The notes under the pieces: generated by a model | Databases searched by the model: none | What the model was told of the DNA's origin: nothing | Seen by the model: only the letters and a program-made list of their open reading frames with translations | Assembly (NCBI RefSeq): GCF_000142905.1 | Contig: NW_013657664.1 | Location: 186,001 to 250,000, forward strand | From: Thecamonas trahens ATCC 50062 | Lineage: Eukaryota; Protista; Apusomonadida | DNA: 64,000 nucleotides | Direction: 5' to 3' | Translations under genes and position numbers: made by a program | In this document: positions 21,368 to 33,602 of the stretch, in pieces | Position numbering within the stretch: position 1 is the stretch's first letter | How the letters are laid out: the number at the start of each line of letters is the position of its first letter

Positions 21368-22990
21368 TTAAGACTGCGGCGCGAGATGCAGCGGCTCGTC
21401 AATCTCCTTAAGGGCAATGCCCAGGGTGGCGAGCTCGTCGAGCACCGGCGTCGTCACCTCGTCAAAGGTCGGGATCTGGACGCCGCGGGCGGTGACCTTG
21501 CCCTGGAGGATGAGCTTGGTTACGATGCCGACCGGGAGGCCGACGGTCTTGGCCATGGCGGTCATGGACGGGTCAGACTCGCCCTCGCCGATCGAGACGA
21601 GCGAGGCCGAGACCTGCCTGTTTTGGCCCGAGAGCGTCTCGTACTGGATGCGGTGGAACATGACGAGCATGTCGCGATCTTTCTCGGTAAACACAAGCTT
21701 GGAGGTCAGCAGCTTCTCCAGGACCTTGGCCGGCGTGGCGTTGGGCAGTCCGATCTTCTTGTGCTCAAAGATGCCGAGCCAGCGCAGCTGCTCAAAGACC
21801 GCAGACTCGAACGAGATGCCCAGGTGGTACGCGAGCTTGAGCTCGACCGTGTCCTCGGGCCGCCACATGAGGAATGAGTTGATAAACTGCCGGTAAGTCA
21901 TGTTCTCCGAGTCGGGGATGACGTACGAGTCGTCGGTGAGGCCGAGCTGGACAAAGACGTCCCACGCTGCGCAAAAGCCCGGCTTGCGAAGCGTGCCGCG
22001 GAAGACCGTCGGGCAGTGCTCGAGCCCGTACGCCTGTCGGTACGAGAGCGAGTCGCGATTGGCGTAGCCCTCAAAGACCGAGGCGCCCGCCAGCGGGTTC
22101 TCTGGAATCTCCACATGCTCGATCCGCTGGAAGAGCTGCCAGTATGGCATGTACTTGAGCGTTCCGTTGTACACAAACTTGGAGACACCCTGCCCTGCGA
22201 GGACCACGTTGCGCGGGTTCCACGTAAACTTGTACTTCCACGGGTTGTCGTCCGAATCGTCGGCCACAAGCCCGCCCGTGAACGACTCAAACGAGGTCAC
22301 CGTCCCGCCCTCGGCACGGATGTTTTGCAGGACGTGCATGGCCGACATGTGGTCGATGCCCGGATCCACCCCGCACTCCATCATCACCAGCGAGCCGCGC
22401 TTCCGCGCCAGCGCGTCAAGCTCCCGAATCTCGTCCGACACGTACGACGCCGTGACCACGTCGACCCCATTCTCGACCGCAGGCCGCACAATCCGTCCGT
22501 GCAAATGCGCAGGCACCATCGAGATCACAAGGTCCGCCGCAGCGACCTCGGTCTCGATCGTCTCGGCGTCCGCCACGTCAAAGGCAAACGCAGACGTGTT
22601 CGGCCGCCCTTCGAGAAGCTTGTGCACCGTGTCCACGTTCTGGTCACCCACATGGATGTGCCATCCACACTCTTCTGCATGGTCCACCAGGTACCGAATC
22701 GCAGCCTTGGCCGAGAGGCCAGCGCCAAACACGCAGATCGACTTGCGGCCTGACGACATTGACTTCTGCAGCTCGACCGTCAGCCGCTGGTGCTCGACCT
22801 CCTCGGCCTCCAGCTCAGCCTGCAGCCGCGCCACCTCATTCGCCTCGGCCTTGACCTCGGCTGCCGTCCCCTTCCTCCGCACCCACTGCCCCACTCCCGT
22901 CGTCCCGGCACCTCCCGCCACCAGCCCCTGCGCCACCGCGCTCCGTCCCGCTGCTCCGCCCGTCCATGCACGAGCCACCCAACGCAGCAT
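21368..22990 (-). CDS. Saccharopine dehydrogenase with probable mitochondrial presequence
   Basis: GAGLSA, GVDPGIDHMSA, YKFTWNPRNV, NRDSL, RGTLR, AMAKTVG; Arg/Ala/Gly-rich leader MLRWVARAW. Confidence 0.93.
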   Translation of the reverse strand: MLRWVARAWTGGAAGRSAVAQGLVAGGAGTTGVGQWVRRKGTAAEVKAEANEVARLQAELEAEEVEHQRLTVELQKSMSSGRKSICVFGAGLSAKAAIRYLVDHAEECGWHIHVGDQNVDTVHKLLEGRPNTSAFAFDVADAETIETEVAAADLVISMVPAHLHGRIVRPAVENGVDVVTASYVSDEIRELDALARKRGSLVMMECGVDPGIDHMSAMHVLQNIRAEGGTVTSFESFTGGLVADDSDDNPWKYKFTWNPRNVVLAGQGVSKFVYNGTLKYMPYWQLFQRIEHVEIPENPLAGASVFEGYANRDSLSYRQAYGLEHCPTVFRGTLRKPGFCAAWDVFVQLGLTDDSYVIPDSENMTYRQFINSFLMWRPEDTVELKLAYHLGISFESAVFEQLRWLGIFEHKKIGLPNATPAKVLEKLLTSKLVFTEKDRDMLVMFHRIQYETLSGQNRQVSASLVSIGEGESDPSMTAMAKTVGLPVGIVTKLILQGKVTARGVQIPTFDEVTTPVLDELATLGIALKEIDEPLHLAPQS

Positions 22991-23496
22991 GCTTAGCTCC
23001 TCGCCGTCTCGCCTCTGCCTTTGCCCTGTGCGGTGAGGATGTTCTCTGCCCAGAGCCAGAGAAGTGTACCTCGCTCTTGCTCTCCCTCCTTGCTGTCGTC
23101 CAGCCGCGTCACGAGCTTGAGCTCTGCAGCCAAGGGTGAGTCGTCGTGACGTAGACACACACACACTGCCCACGCCGCTGCGACTTGAACTCCCCCATGA
23201 TCGTAGCATAGCCCGCCCATCACTGGATAGCCAAGACCAGATCATGCTCCCCCTTCTTCTTCTCCTCCTCCTCCCCCCTTCCCTCCCTCTCTCTCTCCTT
23301 CTCCCTACCACCAGGTCATCCTCTCCATCCCCCCCTCTCCTTCTCCCCTCTCCCCACTCCCTCTTCGATCCCTCCCCCCGGCCCACACCCACCCACCGAC
23401 ACTGGCCAAAGCCCGGCCAAACGATTGCTCCCGTGCCGACCCGCACCTCTGCCCCTCACCGGTCACCCCACACCTCTTACTCCTCCATCCCCTTGC

Positions 23497-24786
23497 ATGC
23501 TTGGCCTAGGCCTTTCGGCCGCATGGGCAAGCGCCATCGAGACGTTCCTCGTTCGCTCGCTGCCGGCTGCCTCGGCCATCGCTCCTTCACCGCTCCAGGC
23601 CGCGCTCATCCCTTACCTGTCGCGGACGCTTGACCCTGTCAGGGCCGGCAGAGGCGAGCCATCGCCGGCACGCGGCGGACGCAACGGCCCTGCCGCCGTC
23701 CTCGCTGCTGATACCATCGGATCCGGCAAGACCATTGCGTATCTGGCGCCGCTGCTTTCGTCGGGCGCCGACGCCGTGGTTGTCACCCCGACGACCCTGC
23801 TGGCTGATCAGGTCACCGGCGTCGTCGACGGCATCATCGCCGAGCTCCCGCCGGCGGCCGGCGGCCGCACCGCCGCCCCAGGCTCTAGACTACGCATCAT
23901 GCCGGTGGCAGATTTGCCGCAGGCGCTCGTCGGCTCCTCCGCGCCGCTCGACGCGCTTGTTCTCGACGAGGTCGACGCACTCATCCAGCCGCCGTCGCGC
24001 TACGCTGCACGGCAGCCGCCGCAGGCGCAGCCGAAACACACATCCCACGACCTTCTCTCGCCTGCGGACCTCCGCGCCTCCATCCGCAGCATTGATCCGG
24101 AGCACGGCGTCCTCGTCGCGGTTTCGGCCTCGATCAATGCCCCGCTGCGCCACATGCTCCGCGATCCGCGGCTCGGTCTGCGGCGTCCGTTTCTCCGGCT
24201 TGGCTCGCAACCGGGTGCCTCGCCGCTTCCTCCGTCGATTGCCATCACCAGCTTACCTGTCGCAGACCGCGATGCCAAGCTGGATGCCGTCGTGTCGCTG
24301 CTGTCAGCTTGCCCAGGCGCCAGTACACTGGTCGTTGTCGACTCGGACTCGCGCATCGAGTCCGCCATGGCCGCCCTCACCCGCGCTGGCCTCTATCCAA
24401 CACAACTTTTGGACCTCGGCTCGCTCTTGCATCCGTCGGATGTACCTCCTGCGCTTATTGTGAGTGATGCACCGTCTCTGCGCGGCCTCGATCTGTCACA
24501 TCTCGAGCACGTGGTCATCGCATCTCGACGGCTCCCGCGGCCGCTGGCCAACTTTGCCCACATCGCTGGCCGCGTCGGTCGCGCCTCGCAAGCCGCGTCG
24601 GCCACTCGTGTCACTGTCGCCGTCACTCCTGGCGAGTCGGTCATTCTTGATGGCATGCTCCGTCAGCACCGTCGTGCGCTCTCCACCGCCCAATCCGCCA
24701 CTCCTGGTGCCGGCTCGGCCAGCAGCCCGCACCCCAGGCCTCGACGGGAGGCCGACCCGGCACCCGTCTTCCAGCACCCTTCGTAA
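23497..24786 (+). CDS. Divergent DEAD-box RNA helicase-like protein (start uncertain)
   Basis: Q motif PSPLQ, GSGKT, PTTLLADQ, DEVD, SAS, RGLDL, HIAGRVGR. Confidence 0.8.
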   Translation: MLGLGLSAAWASAIETFLVRSLPAASAIAPSPLQAALIPYLSRTLDPVRAGRGEPSPARGGRNGPAAVLAADTIGSGKTIAYLAPLLSSGADAVVVTPTTLLADQVTGVVDGIIAELPPAAGGRTAAPGSRLRIMPVADLPQALVGSSAPLDALVLDEVDALIQPPSRYAARQPPQAQPKHTSHDLLSPADLRASIRSIDPEHGVLVAVSASINAPLRHMLRDPRLGLRRPFLRLGSQPGASPLPPSIAITSLPVADRDAKLDAVVSLLSACPGASTLVVVDSDSRIESAMAALTRAGLYPTQLLDLGSLLHPSDVPPALIVSDAPSLRGLDLSHLEHVVIASRRLPRPLANFAHIAGRVGRASQAASATRVTVAVTPGESVILDGMLRQHRRALSTAQSATPGAGSASSPHPRPRREADPAPVFQHPS

Positions 24787-24859
24787 CGCGTCCCCTCCTC
24801 TCGTCTCTCTCTGTAATCGCCTTTACCTTTCCACACACCCTCCCCTACCTGCTCCTAGC

Positions 24860-25578
24860 ATGGCTGCCGTTGACGTTACTGACACCGGCGCCGCCCGCGT
24901 GGGCGACGACGACCTCAACAACCTCGACGAGGCGCGTGCCGTCAAGGCGCAGATCCCGTCGTTGGGCGTGATGGCCGGGCCACGTGACGGCGAAGAGTGG
25001 ATTGCACGCCTGAAGGAGGAGTATGCCGCCCTCATCGCAGTACGCTACGATCTCTTGCCCGCCTCCTCTTGTCTTCCTCGCTCACCCCCTGGCTCAACCT
25101 CGCACTCACATCGTACTCGCCGGGCTAGTACGCCGGCAACAACAAGGCCAACGCCACCGATTGGTTCAAGATCGAGGCAAACAAGAGCGGGACGCGGTGG
25201 TTTGGAACGTGCTGGTACGTCCACAACCTCATCCGCTACGAGTTCGAGCTGGTGGTCACCGTCCCGGTCACCTTTCCCAAGACCTCGGTCGCCATCCTTC
25301 TCCCCGAGCTGGAGAACAAGACGCCCAAGATGTATCGCGGCGGTGCCATCTGCCTCACCGAGCACTTTCATCCTCTCTGGGCTCGCAACGTGCCTCACTT
25401 TGGTATCGCACACGCGTTAGCTCTCGGCCTCGCACCCTGGCTTGCTGCCGAGGTCCCGCACCTGGTTGCGCAGGGCAGCATCGAGCCGGCGGCGGCAGCA
25501 TCCTCGGGTGATGGCGCAGCGGGGTCTGCCGTCGGAAATGGGGCAGCGTACGAGTATGAGTATGAATCGGACGAGTAG
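24860..25578 (+). CDS. UFC1: Ufm1-conjugating enzyme 1; exons 24860-25039, 25129-25578
   Basis: [19 protein letters not shown]|Y..NKAN..DWF...[44 protein letters not shown]. Confidence 0.96.
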
Positions 25579-25711
25579 AGTCGACTGCACTCTGATCGTC
25601 CCACGTGGGCTCCACACGCCCCACGTCTTTGCCATCTCTCGCGCTCCACCTGCTCCACACTTTCGTTGCGTTGTCGATAACTTTGCCTCTTGATCACTCG
25701 TCTCGGCAACC

Positions 25712-27279
25712 ATGGCCGCAGGCGTAAAGGCAGATGTGGTTGTTGCTGGGCTTGGTGTCGTTCTCATCTGGTCTGCCCTCGCTCTTGCCGGTCTGCTTGG
25801 CCTTGGGCCATCTCGCTTGCTCCCGTCGTCATCCTTGTGTTGTTCGTCGCATCTCCGTTCCGCCGAGTTATGCTTTGCAGGCGTTTTCTCCTTGCCGTAG
25901 CTCTCACCTCAGCAGTACTTGGTATCGGCAATGACCACAAGGTGGTGTCAAGCGATAAGAGTGGCTATGTGGCACCGTTTGTTCTGGGCAAGCTCTCCAA
26001 GTTCTGTCTCTCGCTGTTGTACCTGCCGGTCATCCGGTACCCAGGACTTGATCTCTGGGTTGCCGGCGGTATTATGCCGTTTGAGCGGCGGCTCAAGTTT
26101 CATCGCGGCATGGCTGCTGTATTCCTAGCTGTTGCTTCGCTCCACGGCGTCTGGATGGCGCTCAAGTCCAAGTTCTCGCACTTTGGCCTCGGCGGTGTGT
26201 CGCTCTCCGGCACGGTGGCGCTGGTGCTGTTCCTCGCCGTGGGCCTTGGCTCGTTGCCTTGGATCCGCCGGCATCACTTCAACTCCTTCTACGCGCTTCA
26301 CATGCTCCAGTTCCCGGCTGTCATCGCTGCTCTTGTTCATGTCCCGGGCATCGTCATTTATCTTGCGGTTTCTGGGGGCGTTTGGCTTGCTCTGGCCTTT
26401 GCGCGGATGGTGCGAGCCTGGCGGCGGCGGCGGCGCGCGACGCTTGTCCCTCTCCCAGGTGAGGCTACCGAGCTCTCGCTGGTCTGGCCACGGCAATGGC
26501 CGCCGCCACACCCCGGAAGCTACGCCTTTCTCCGAATTGGCGCCATTGCCTCGACCGAGTGGCACCCGTTCTCGGTCGCCGACTATGATCGCCACTGTGG
26601 TCACACCCGCTTCATCGTCAAGGCCGTCCACCATCATCACCACCGTTCGCTGTCGGCCGGAAGCGCAAGACTGTCATGGACCGCCCGCCTCCGCGAGATG
26701 GCCGAGGCCCAAAGCCGCCCCACTGTGTGGATTGATGGCGCGTACGGCGCGTTGACCGTCCCGGCCAATGCCGTCGCCAAGGCTGGCCATATTGTCTTGG
26801 TCTCCGGCGGCGTGGGGGTTACCCCCATGGCGAACCTGCTGCAACATGTCGCTGACGGCGAGTTCCCCAATCTGCGCAGCGTTTTGTTTGTGTGGACTTC
26901 GCGATTGATGGCTGATGTATGTACGCCATGGCTCGGCAACGTGCTCGCACACGCCACCTCTCAACTCGGTGAGCGTCTTTGCATTTCGCTGTACCAAACC
27001 TCGGGCAAGAAAGAGCTGCCGTCATCGTCGCCTCCCAGCTCCAACTCGTCGTCGTCGTCGTCATCGTCATCATCGGCTGCCATTGCCAGCTACGAGTGGT
27101 CTCTTGGCCGTCCAGATCTTGACGCCATGCTGGCCAACGTCCACACCGCCAATGATGCCGATCACTCCCCGTTGTCAGTCTTTGTCGCTGTCTGCGGCCC
27201 TCCAAGCCTGTGCAACGTTGTCGCAAGCGCTGCAACCCGTCGCGGCTTTGCCGTCCATGTCGAGACCTTTGTCTTTTAG
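25712..27279 (+). CDS. Ferric reductase / NOX-family flavocytochrome; probable intron 25791-25900
   Basis: Heme His pairs (FHR..LHG; LHM..VH), EWHPFS, IDGAYG, SGGVGVTP, VCGPP, ETF; GTCTGC...TAG intron gives LALAALTSAV. Confidence 0.88.
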
Positions 27280-27909
27280 CCCCCTCCGCCCCCCCTTACG
27301 AACACATACCCGAGTCGATCGGCTGGCGTGGATGGTAAACTGGCTCTCCACTACAGCCTAAGCCGAGCCGCCGTGTCTGCACGCACGACTCAACCGAACG
27401 AGTTCACCGGTCGTTCCCATCTTCCCACCCGGTCGCCCACCACTCCCCCGCAGCGGTGGGACAAGACCACGGCTTCCCACACAACTCGGACGTCTGTACA
27501 GTCCACACACTCTCACCCACGGAATTCTCCAGCACCCTACTCCGCTTTGCTACTCCAGTCACCGCACCCCTACCTCTCGCTTGCCACTCCTCCGTCGTGC
27601 ACATGTACGCTGCAGGCCCCCAGTCACCGTCGATCACCTGGAGACCCCCTCCCCCGCCACATGCCTCCCGTCCTCTGCCCCCGCTCCCCTTCCTCCCACC
27701 CCCTTGCATTCCTACGCCCTCCACCACACTCACGCCCTCCCTTCTCCCGTCATCCCCCTCCCACCGCCCTTCCCCGCTGCAGGTCCGGAACACGTCCTGG
27801 TGTACGCCAAAAAATGCCGCACAACCCGCCACGTGCCCCTCCCTTGCTGTCCAACCCCCCCCTTCACCCCAACCCCTCCACTCACCACAGCTGGTTCTTG
27901 TGATACTAG

Positions 27910-29295
27910 GCCAATCCCGGCGCCAAGCCCGGTGCTAAGCCCGGCGCCAAGCCTGGAGCCAAGCCAGGCGCCAAGCCAGGCGCCAAGCCAGGCGCCAAGC
28001 CTGGAGCCAAGCCCGGCGCCAAGCCTGGAGCCAAGCCGGGAGCCAAGCCTGGAGCCAAGCCGGGCGCCAAGCCTGGAGCCAAGCCAGGCGCCAAGCCCGG
28101 TGCTAAGCCTGGCCGATCGAGCGCTGGAAGTTCTGCATCGTCGTCGCGCAAAGTCTCGATGGGCTCCGAGGCGGTCACCGCGCTGACGGCGAACATGTCG
28201 CGGTTCCAGGACATTGTGGGCAAGGCGATGCAGGTCATGCATCCGATGTCGGGCGAGTGGTCGCTGCTCAAGGTGACAGGCTCGGTGCCGTCGGGCCGGT
28301 ACAACGCTGCGGTGAATGTTATTGGCTCGAACATGTACGTGTTTGGTGGCACCAAGGGCGGTGGGCGGCGTCTCCACTTTAACGATGTGTACGTGCTCAA
28401 CCTCGAGACCGGAGAGTGGACGATGCCGCGCGTTTCGGGCACTCCGCCGTCACCGCGGCAGCAGGTGGCGTCTGCCGTGGTCGGCTCGCAGATCTTCTAC
28501 TTTGGCGGCATCGACAGCCGAAAGGTGGCGCGGTTCGACGACCTGTACATTCTCGACACCGAGACGATGTCGTGGATTGCGCCCGAGACTTCTGGCGACA
28601 GTCCAACGGCGCGGTCGGGCGCGTCGGCGGCGTTCTTCAACGGAGTGTTCATGGTCATCTTTGGGACCAACAGCGAGGGCATGGCGGTCAACGATGCGTA
28701 CGTGCTCGATGTTGACACCTTTGCCTGGTCGGAGCACACCCACGCCGGCTTTGATCCGTTTGCGGAGGAGGAGGAGCGGCTTATTGATGCTGGCGCCTCG
28801 CTGGCTGACATTGTCACGGCCCGGGCCCTCAATGCCAATCCCATCCCGCCGGCCCGCACAGAGGCCGCGGTCGAGGTTGTCGGCGATGCACTGTACGTAT
28901 TTGGCGGCTTCTCGGCGCGTGGCCAACACCTCCACGACATGCGCTACTTGCGCAACGAGACATGGAAGCAACCGTTCTTCTACGGCCCGCACACCCGCGG
29001 CGTTCGCAACCATACCATCTCATGCCTCTCCGACTGTCTCCTCTACGTCTTTGGCGGCGAGAACCTCGGCGCCTCTTTCTGCACCAACAGCAACCTGGTG
29101 GTCTTCAACACCGAGACCCATACCCGCTGGCAGATGACCGCATCTGGCGACGTGCCGGCCTCTCGCACCGGCCACGGCTCGGTCGCCTTTGGCAACTCGT
29201 TGTACATCTTTGGCGGCTACACGAACAAGGCCTGTGCTGACGTCTACGTCTTTACCCCGACAGCTCCTGATGCCGGTGCATCATCATCGTCGTAA
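27910..29295 (+). CDS. Kelch-repeat beta-propeller protein with N-terminal (KPGA)n; upstream exon(s) unresolved
   Basis: Repeated YVFGG / PxxR kelch motifs; AG acceptor at 27908-27909 is in frame with ORF 28159-29295. Confidence 0.85.
   Translation, partial: ANPGAKPGAKPGAKPGAKPGAKPGAKPGAKPGAKPGAKPGAKPGAKPGAKPGAKPGAKPGAKPGAKPGRSSAGSSASSSRKVSMGSEAVTALTANMSRFQDIVGKAMQVMHPMSGEWSLLKVTGSVPSGRYNAAVNVIGSNMYVFGGTKGGGRRLHFNDVYVLNLETGEWTMPRVSGTPPSPRQQVASAVVGSQIFYFGGIDSRKVARFDDLYILDTETMSWIAPETSGDSPTARSGASAAFFNGVFMVIFGTNSEGMAVNDAYVLDVDTFAWSEHTHAGFDPFAEEEERLIDAGASLADIVTARALNANPIPPARTEAAVEVVGDALYVFGGFSARGQHLHDMRYLRNETWKQPFFYGPHTRGVRNHTISCLSDCLLYVFGGENLGASFCTNSNLVVFNTETHTRWQMTASGDVPASRTGHGSVAFGNSLYIFGGYTNKACADVYVFTPTAPDAGASSSS
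27913..28112 (+). repeat. 12-bp tandem repeat (~16-17 copies) encoding KPGA
   Basis: AAG-CCN-GGN-GCY units; variation is at synonymous positions in this frame. Confidence 0.92.
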
Positions 29296-29348
29296 ACCGC
29301 ATTGCAATCACAAGTTGCACACGCTTGCAAGCCGTCGCTCCCGTCTTA

Positions 29349-30927
29349 CTACCGGCTTCTCGGACATGAGCCCGAGCCCGAGCCCGAGCTTGAGCCGGAC
29401 CTGGCCTGGGTTGTGGCCTTCACCTTGGCCTTGCACCGCAAGAGCTCGGCCCGCAGCCGGTCCTTTTCCTCCTCCGACTCGGAGAGTGCCTGCTGAAGGA
29501 TGATGATGCGCGAGCGGAGCTTCTGGATGAGCACCGCGTCGTCATCTTCGTCGTCGCTGTCAAGCTCCGGAAGTGCCAGGCGGTCGCCAGAGCTCGTGGC
29601 TGACGACGCGGCGGCGCCCGAGTCGGACGCGGTCCATCCGGGCTCGTGGTGAATGAGCGAGACGAGGAGAACGGTGATGTTGTCTGTCGAGCCGTTGGCG
29701 TACGCCCACTCGGCCACCAGCTCGGCAATGGTCTGCGGATCCTTCTTCTTGGCCATCTGCTCGCGGATCATCTGCACGGCCTCCTCGGGCGTCATGACGT
29801 CCCATAGGCCGTCGCAAGCGAGGAGCACAAACGCGTCGTCCTCGGTCAGCGTGGTCGAGGTCACGTATGCGTCGGCAATGAGGCCCGACGGCTTGCCCTT
29901 GGTATAGCGCTCGTGCTTGAAGCCGGCGTCGCCAATCGACCGGGAGACAGCAATCGACATGACCGCTGGGTTGAACGCCGGATGGCCGACCCGCCGGTTG
30001 TAAATCCGCCCGCCAGCGTCGATCACCCGCTGGCTCTCCTCGGGATTGTCCTTGGGATTGTGGGTCTCAGTCAGCTTGAGCGCGTGTCTGCGCCGGCAGA
30101 GCACCGCCTCCGAGTCGCCGCAGTTAGCCACGAACAGCTTGTTGCCGGCAATGGCGACAACTACCGCAGTCGTTCCGTCGTGCATCTCCTTCAGCGGATC
30201 GTCAACGCTCATGGCCAGCTTCATAAACTCGCGCTCCGACTCTTCAAACGCCTCGCGGAGGCCGCGCTCCAAGTCGCCGGCCTTGAACCCGTCCGACGCC
30301 AGAAAGAACTTGTACAGGTGGACCGAGACCCAGTCAGCTGCCCGCTGCCCGCCGTGCCCGTCAAAGACGCCAAAGAAGGCATCCACCCCCACTCCGGGCG
30401 GCACGTGCAGCGCCATGTGCGCATCCTCCATGCTCTCCCGCCTGCCCTTGATCTCATGCAGCCCATACTGCACCTCCAGCTCGGACCGGTAGCTCGGGTC
30501 GCCTGGTGGCAGCACGTCGGCTGTCTCAGACTTGAGGTGCAGAAACGCGTCCCTGTCCCCGCTCCACGAAATGAGTCCTCCACCCTGCCTCTACCTCTTC
30601 CTCCAGCTCTTGGCCCCCCTCCCCTTCCCCTCTAACTGCGCCCTGCTCGCTCGCCCACCATCTCGCCCCCCCCCCCACCCCCCCCCCCCCCCCCCCCCCT
30701 TCCTCTCCGCCTCCCCGCCTGTTCCGCACGTTCCTCCCTCCTCCTCCTCCCTCCCTCCCCCCCCCCCACACCCACACACACAACCCCTTTCCCCTCTGAC
30801 TCTGAACATACGACGACGACTGCGACAGCGACATGCGCGACCGAGTACCCTTGGGCAAGAGCGCAAACGATGATGATGATCCACGCCGGCCGCGGGAGCT
30901 CTTCAGTGTCTCAATGGGGCTTGCCAT
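29349..30927 (-). CDS. PP2C (PPM) phosphatase with C-terminal coiled coil; exons 30927-30812, 30552-29349
   Basis: GRRESMEDAH, FDGHGG, ANCGDS, SRSIGD, CDGLWD, DNIT. Confidence 0.93.
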
Positions 30928-31060
30928 GCTTCAAACCGGAGAGACGGGTTGACTTGGGTCAGCTGCTGCGACTGCGCCACTGGCCGCGGCAAGCGGGTGG
31001 GCGGCAATCGAGGTAGATGTGCAGTGACACTCACCACAGCTGATACATTGGAAGTGATGG

Positions 31061-33180
31061 CTACAACTCACGACGGACGTAGACAAGGATGTAGGCTTCG
31101 GCGGCGAGGACCTCGGCTTCTGTGACGACGGTTGTCTTCTTGTCGTCAAACTTGATCCAGACGGTGGCTCCCGAGTGCGAGCGCGTCTTGGCCATTGTGA
31201 TGTAGTGGCCGCGGGAGAGGCTAAATCCGATGTGGACAATGACTGCAGCCAGGTCATAGAGCTCCGAAGCCGGCGAGGCCGAGCTGTTGAGCAGTGGCGC
31301 GACGTCGAGGTTGGTGAGCGGAAAGGAAATGGCAGTGGCGATCTTGGCCGGGCCGTTCTTATCCCATACAAAGCGCTTGACATGGAGGCGGAGAACATGT
31401 GGCGTTTTCGTCAGTGAGGGGGTCACCTCTGCCTGATGCTTGCCGCCGCAGGCGTCGCAGTCGATGGCGGCGTCAAGGAGTTCGGGGTGGGAAAGGGCGT
31501 AAAGGCAAGTGTCGAGCGGAACATCCTTGCGTCGAGAGGAGGAGGAGACAGTGACGACACGGCCGCGGCTTCTTCGTGTGAACTGGTGAAACTTGGGCGG
31601 GATGTCGATGCTGAGGTCCCAGGCGTCGGCGTCGTTGTGCTTGACGGCACCGCAGCCGAGGCAAGCCAGCGAGGTTCTCATGCTTGCGCAGAACATGCGC
31701 TTCATGGTCGCGAGCGCCAAGCTCCGCGACGACAGTTCCTCGTGAAGGGTATCAAGGAAAAAGGTGAAGAACTCGTGGGCATCGTGCTGGTCCGTGCCGC
31801 GAAAGCGTGGGAGGAACTTCCACACGGCGGCCTGCAGCTCGTTGGGCACGACGTACTCCCAGCGAATCGACCACAGGACTCGCATGAGGTTGCGGATGGC
31901 ACCAGCGAGCTCCAAGTCTTCATCTTCCTGGCCAGACTCGACCAGTTGGTGGCAGTCGAGCGTCGACTGCCGCATGAGCGGACGCCGGACACGTGGCGGG
32001 GTGAACGGCGGGTTGGTGCCCAGCGGCGTCGCGCCACCGAGCTGCAAGAAAAGTCGCGAAAGGCATCGATATGTGAGAGCGCCTGGATAGCCGCGTTCAT
32101 GTAGCAGGTGTTGCCAAGGTTGTCGAGGCCGACTCGACCCGGGATCCGCTGCCCGAGGCCAGCGCTGCCTGCCGCAGGCGAGGCCAGTGCCTCCGTGAGC
32201 GACGAGCCTGTGCGGCGCGGCGTTGGCGGCATGACCAGCGACGACCTGGTGAGCGAGGCACCTGCACCTACGGAACTTGCCGATGGAATGTCAACCTTGA
32301 GTCGCGGTGCAAGCAGTCGCGACGTGTCGCGGGCCGGCGAGGAAGCCGGCGGCTTGGATTTGACCGGCGGGTGTCGGGCGTCACGGACCACGCCGCGCCA
32401 GGCGGCAAAGGCCTCGGCGAGCACTTCGCGGGCGCGAACTGATGCGCGGTGGCTGGCAACTTCAGCAAACGATGGGACTGAGAGCCGTGGGGTGAGCGGA
32501 ACCGACGAAAAGGTGCGACCCGGCGTGGCCGGCTGCGCAAGCGAGAGGGAGCCGAAGAGGCGGGCCACGTCGCCCTTGTCAGTGTCGACGCCGCGGCCGA
32601 GGCTCAAGTCACACGAGAAGCAAACCACAATCCGCGATGGCAACAGAAGCGCCAGCGCATGCGCAGTATCGCCAAAATGGGTCCGTGCGTGCCAGTGCTG
32701 AGGCGAGAGCGCGCCGCGCGCCGGCCCATCCTTGCTCCCCGCACACGCCACCGAGCCGCAGGTGAGGCAGAGCGCAAAGCCGCCTCCACCTGCAACCGCG
32801 CCACAAGCCTGTAGAGCACAGGCTGGCACCACTGGTCCGCCCTGGACCACATCATCCAGAACCGCCGAGCACAAGTCCAGTCGCTGCATGTGCGGGCATG
32901 AATCAACGGGATCGGACCCGCTCTCGACCTGGCCATCGTCGCCTGCCGGCAGTAGTGTCACCAGCGGCCGGGCCTTCTTGGTAGCGGGCGACGACACAGC
33001 CGCCGCTGCAGCCCGGCGCCTGCGCTTGCGCGAGCCACTGCTGCTCGGCCGAGCCAGACGCGCGCTCTGCCTCCTCCGCCCCATGCTGGCCACCGCTGTC
33101 GCCCCGGAAGGCCTTCGTCTAGAAGTAGCCCGGAGCATACGCATACTGACCGAGTCCCGGCCCGAGCGAGTGACCACCAT
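31061..33180 (-). CDS. Ubiquitin-specific protease with zf-UBP (USP44/49-like architecture); frameshift near 32050
   Basis: CPHM..CLTCGSVAC..HARTHF; GLDNLGNTCYMNA; QHDAHEF; HVKRF; GHY; KFDD; AYILVY. Confidence 0.9.
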
Positions 33181-33202
33181 GGGCGGTGTTCTGTTCCCAG
33201 AT

Positions 33203-33247
33203 GCTGTCGCCCTGTGAGACGCTGTCGCCCTGTGAGACGCTGTCGCT
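33203..33247. repeat. 18-bp repeat x ~2.5
   Basis: GCTGTCGCCCTGTGAGAC tandem copies. Confidence 0.8.
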
Positions 33248-33275
33248 CTGGCCACGACGCTCTCACCGTATGCAA

Positions 33276-33602
33276 GACGCTGCTCGAGGCAAGAAAGACG
33301 CGGCTCGAGGCAAGGAAGACGCGGCTCGAGGCAAGGACGACGCGGCTCGAGGCAAGGAAGACGCGGTTCAAGGCAAGGAAGACGCGGCTCGAGGCAAGGA
33401 CGACGCGGCTCGAGGCAAGGAAGACGCGGTTCAAGGCAAGGAAGACGCGGCTCGAGGCAAGGAAGACGCGGCTCGAGGCAAGGACGACGCGGCTCGAGGC
33501 AAGGAAGACGCGGTTCAAGGCAAGGAAGACGCGGCTCGAGGCAAGGACGACGCGGCTCGAGGCAAGGAGGACGCGGTTCAAGGCAAGGAGGATGCGGCTC
33601 GT
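33276..33602. repeat. 21-bp minisatellite, 15 full copies plus a partial one, with 63-bp higher-order period
   Basis: GACGCGGCTCGAGGCAAGGAA unit; GTTCAA variant at copies 5, 8, 12 and 15. Confidence 0.95.

Noticed and set aside
30655-30780. Poly-C and (CA)n tracts as telomeric or functional repeats
   Set aside because: Irregular low-complexity intron content with no fixed unit.
33276-33602. CRISPR array
   Set aside because: Contiguous tandem units with no unique spacers, no cas genes, eukaryotic context.
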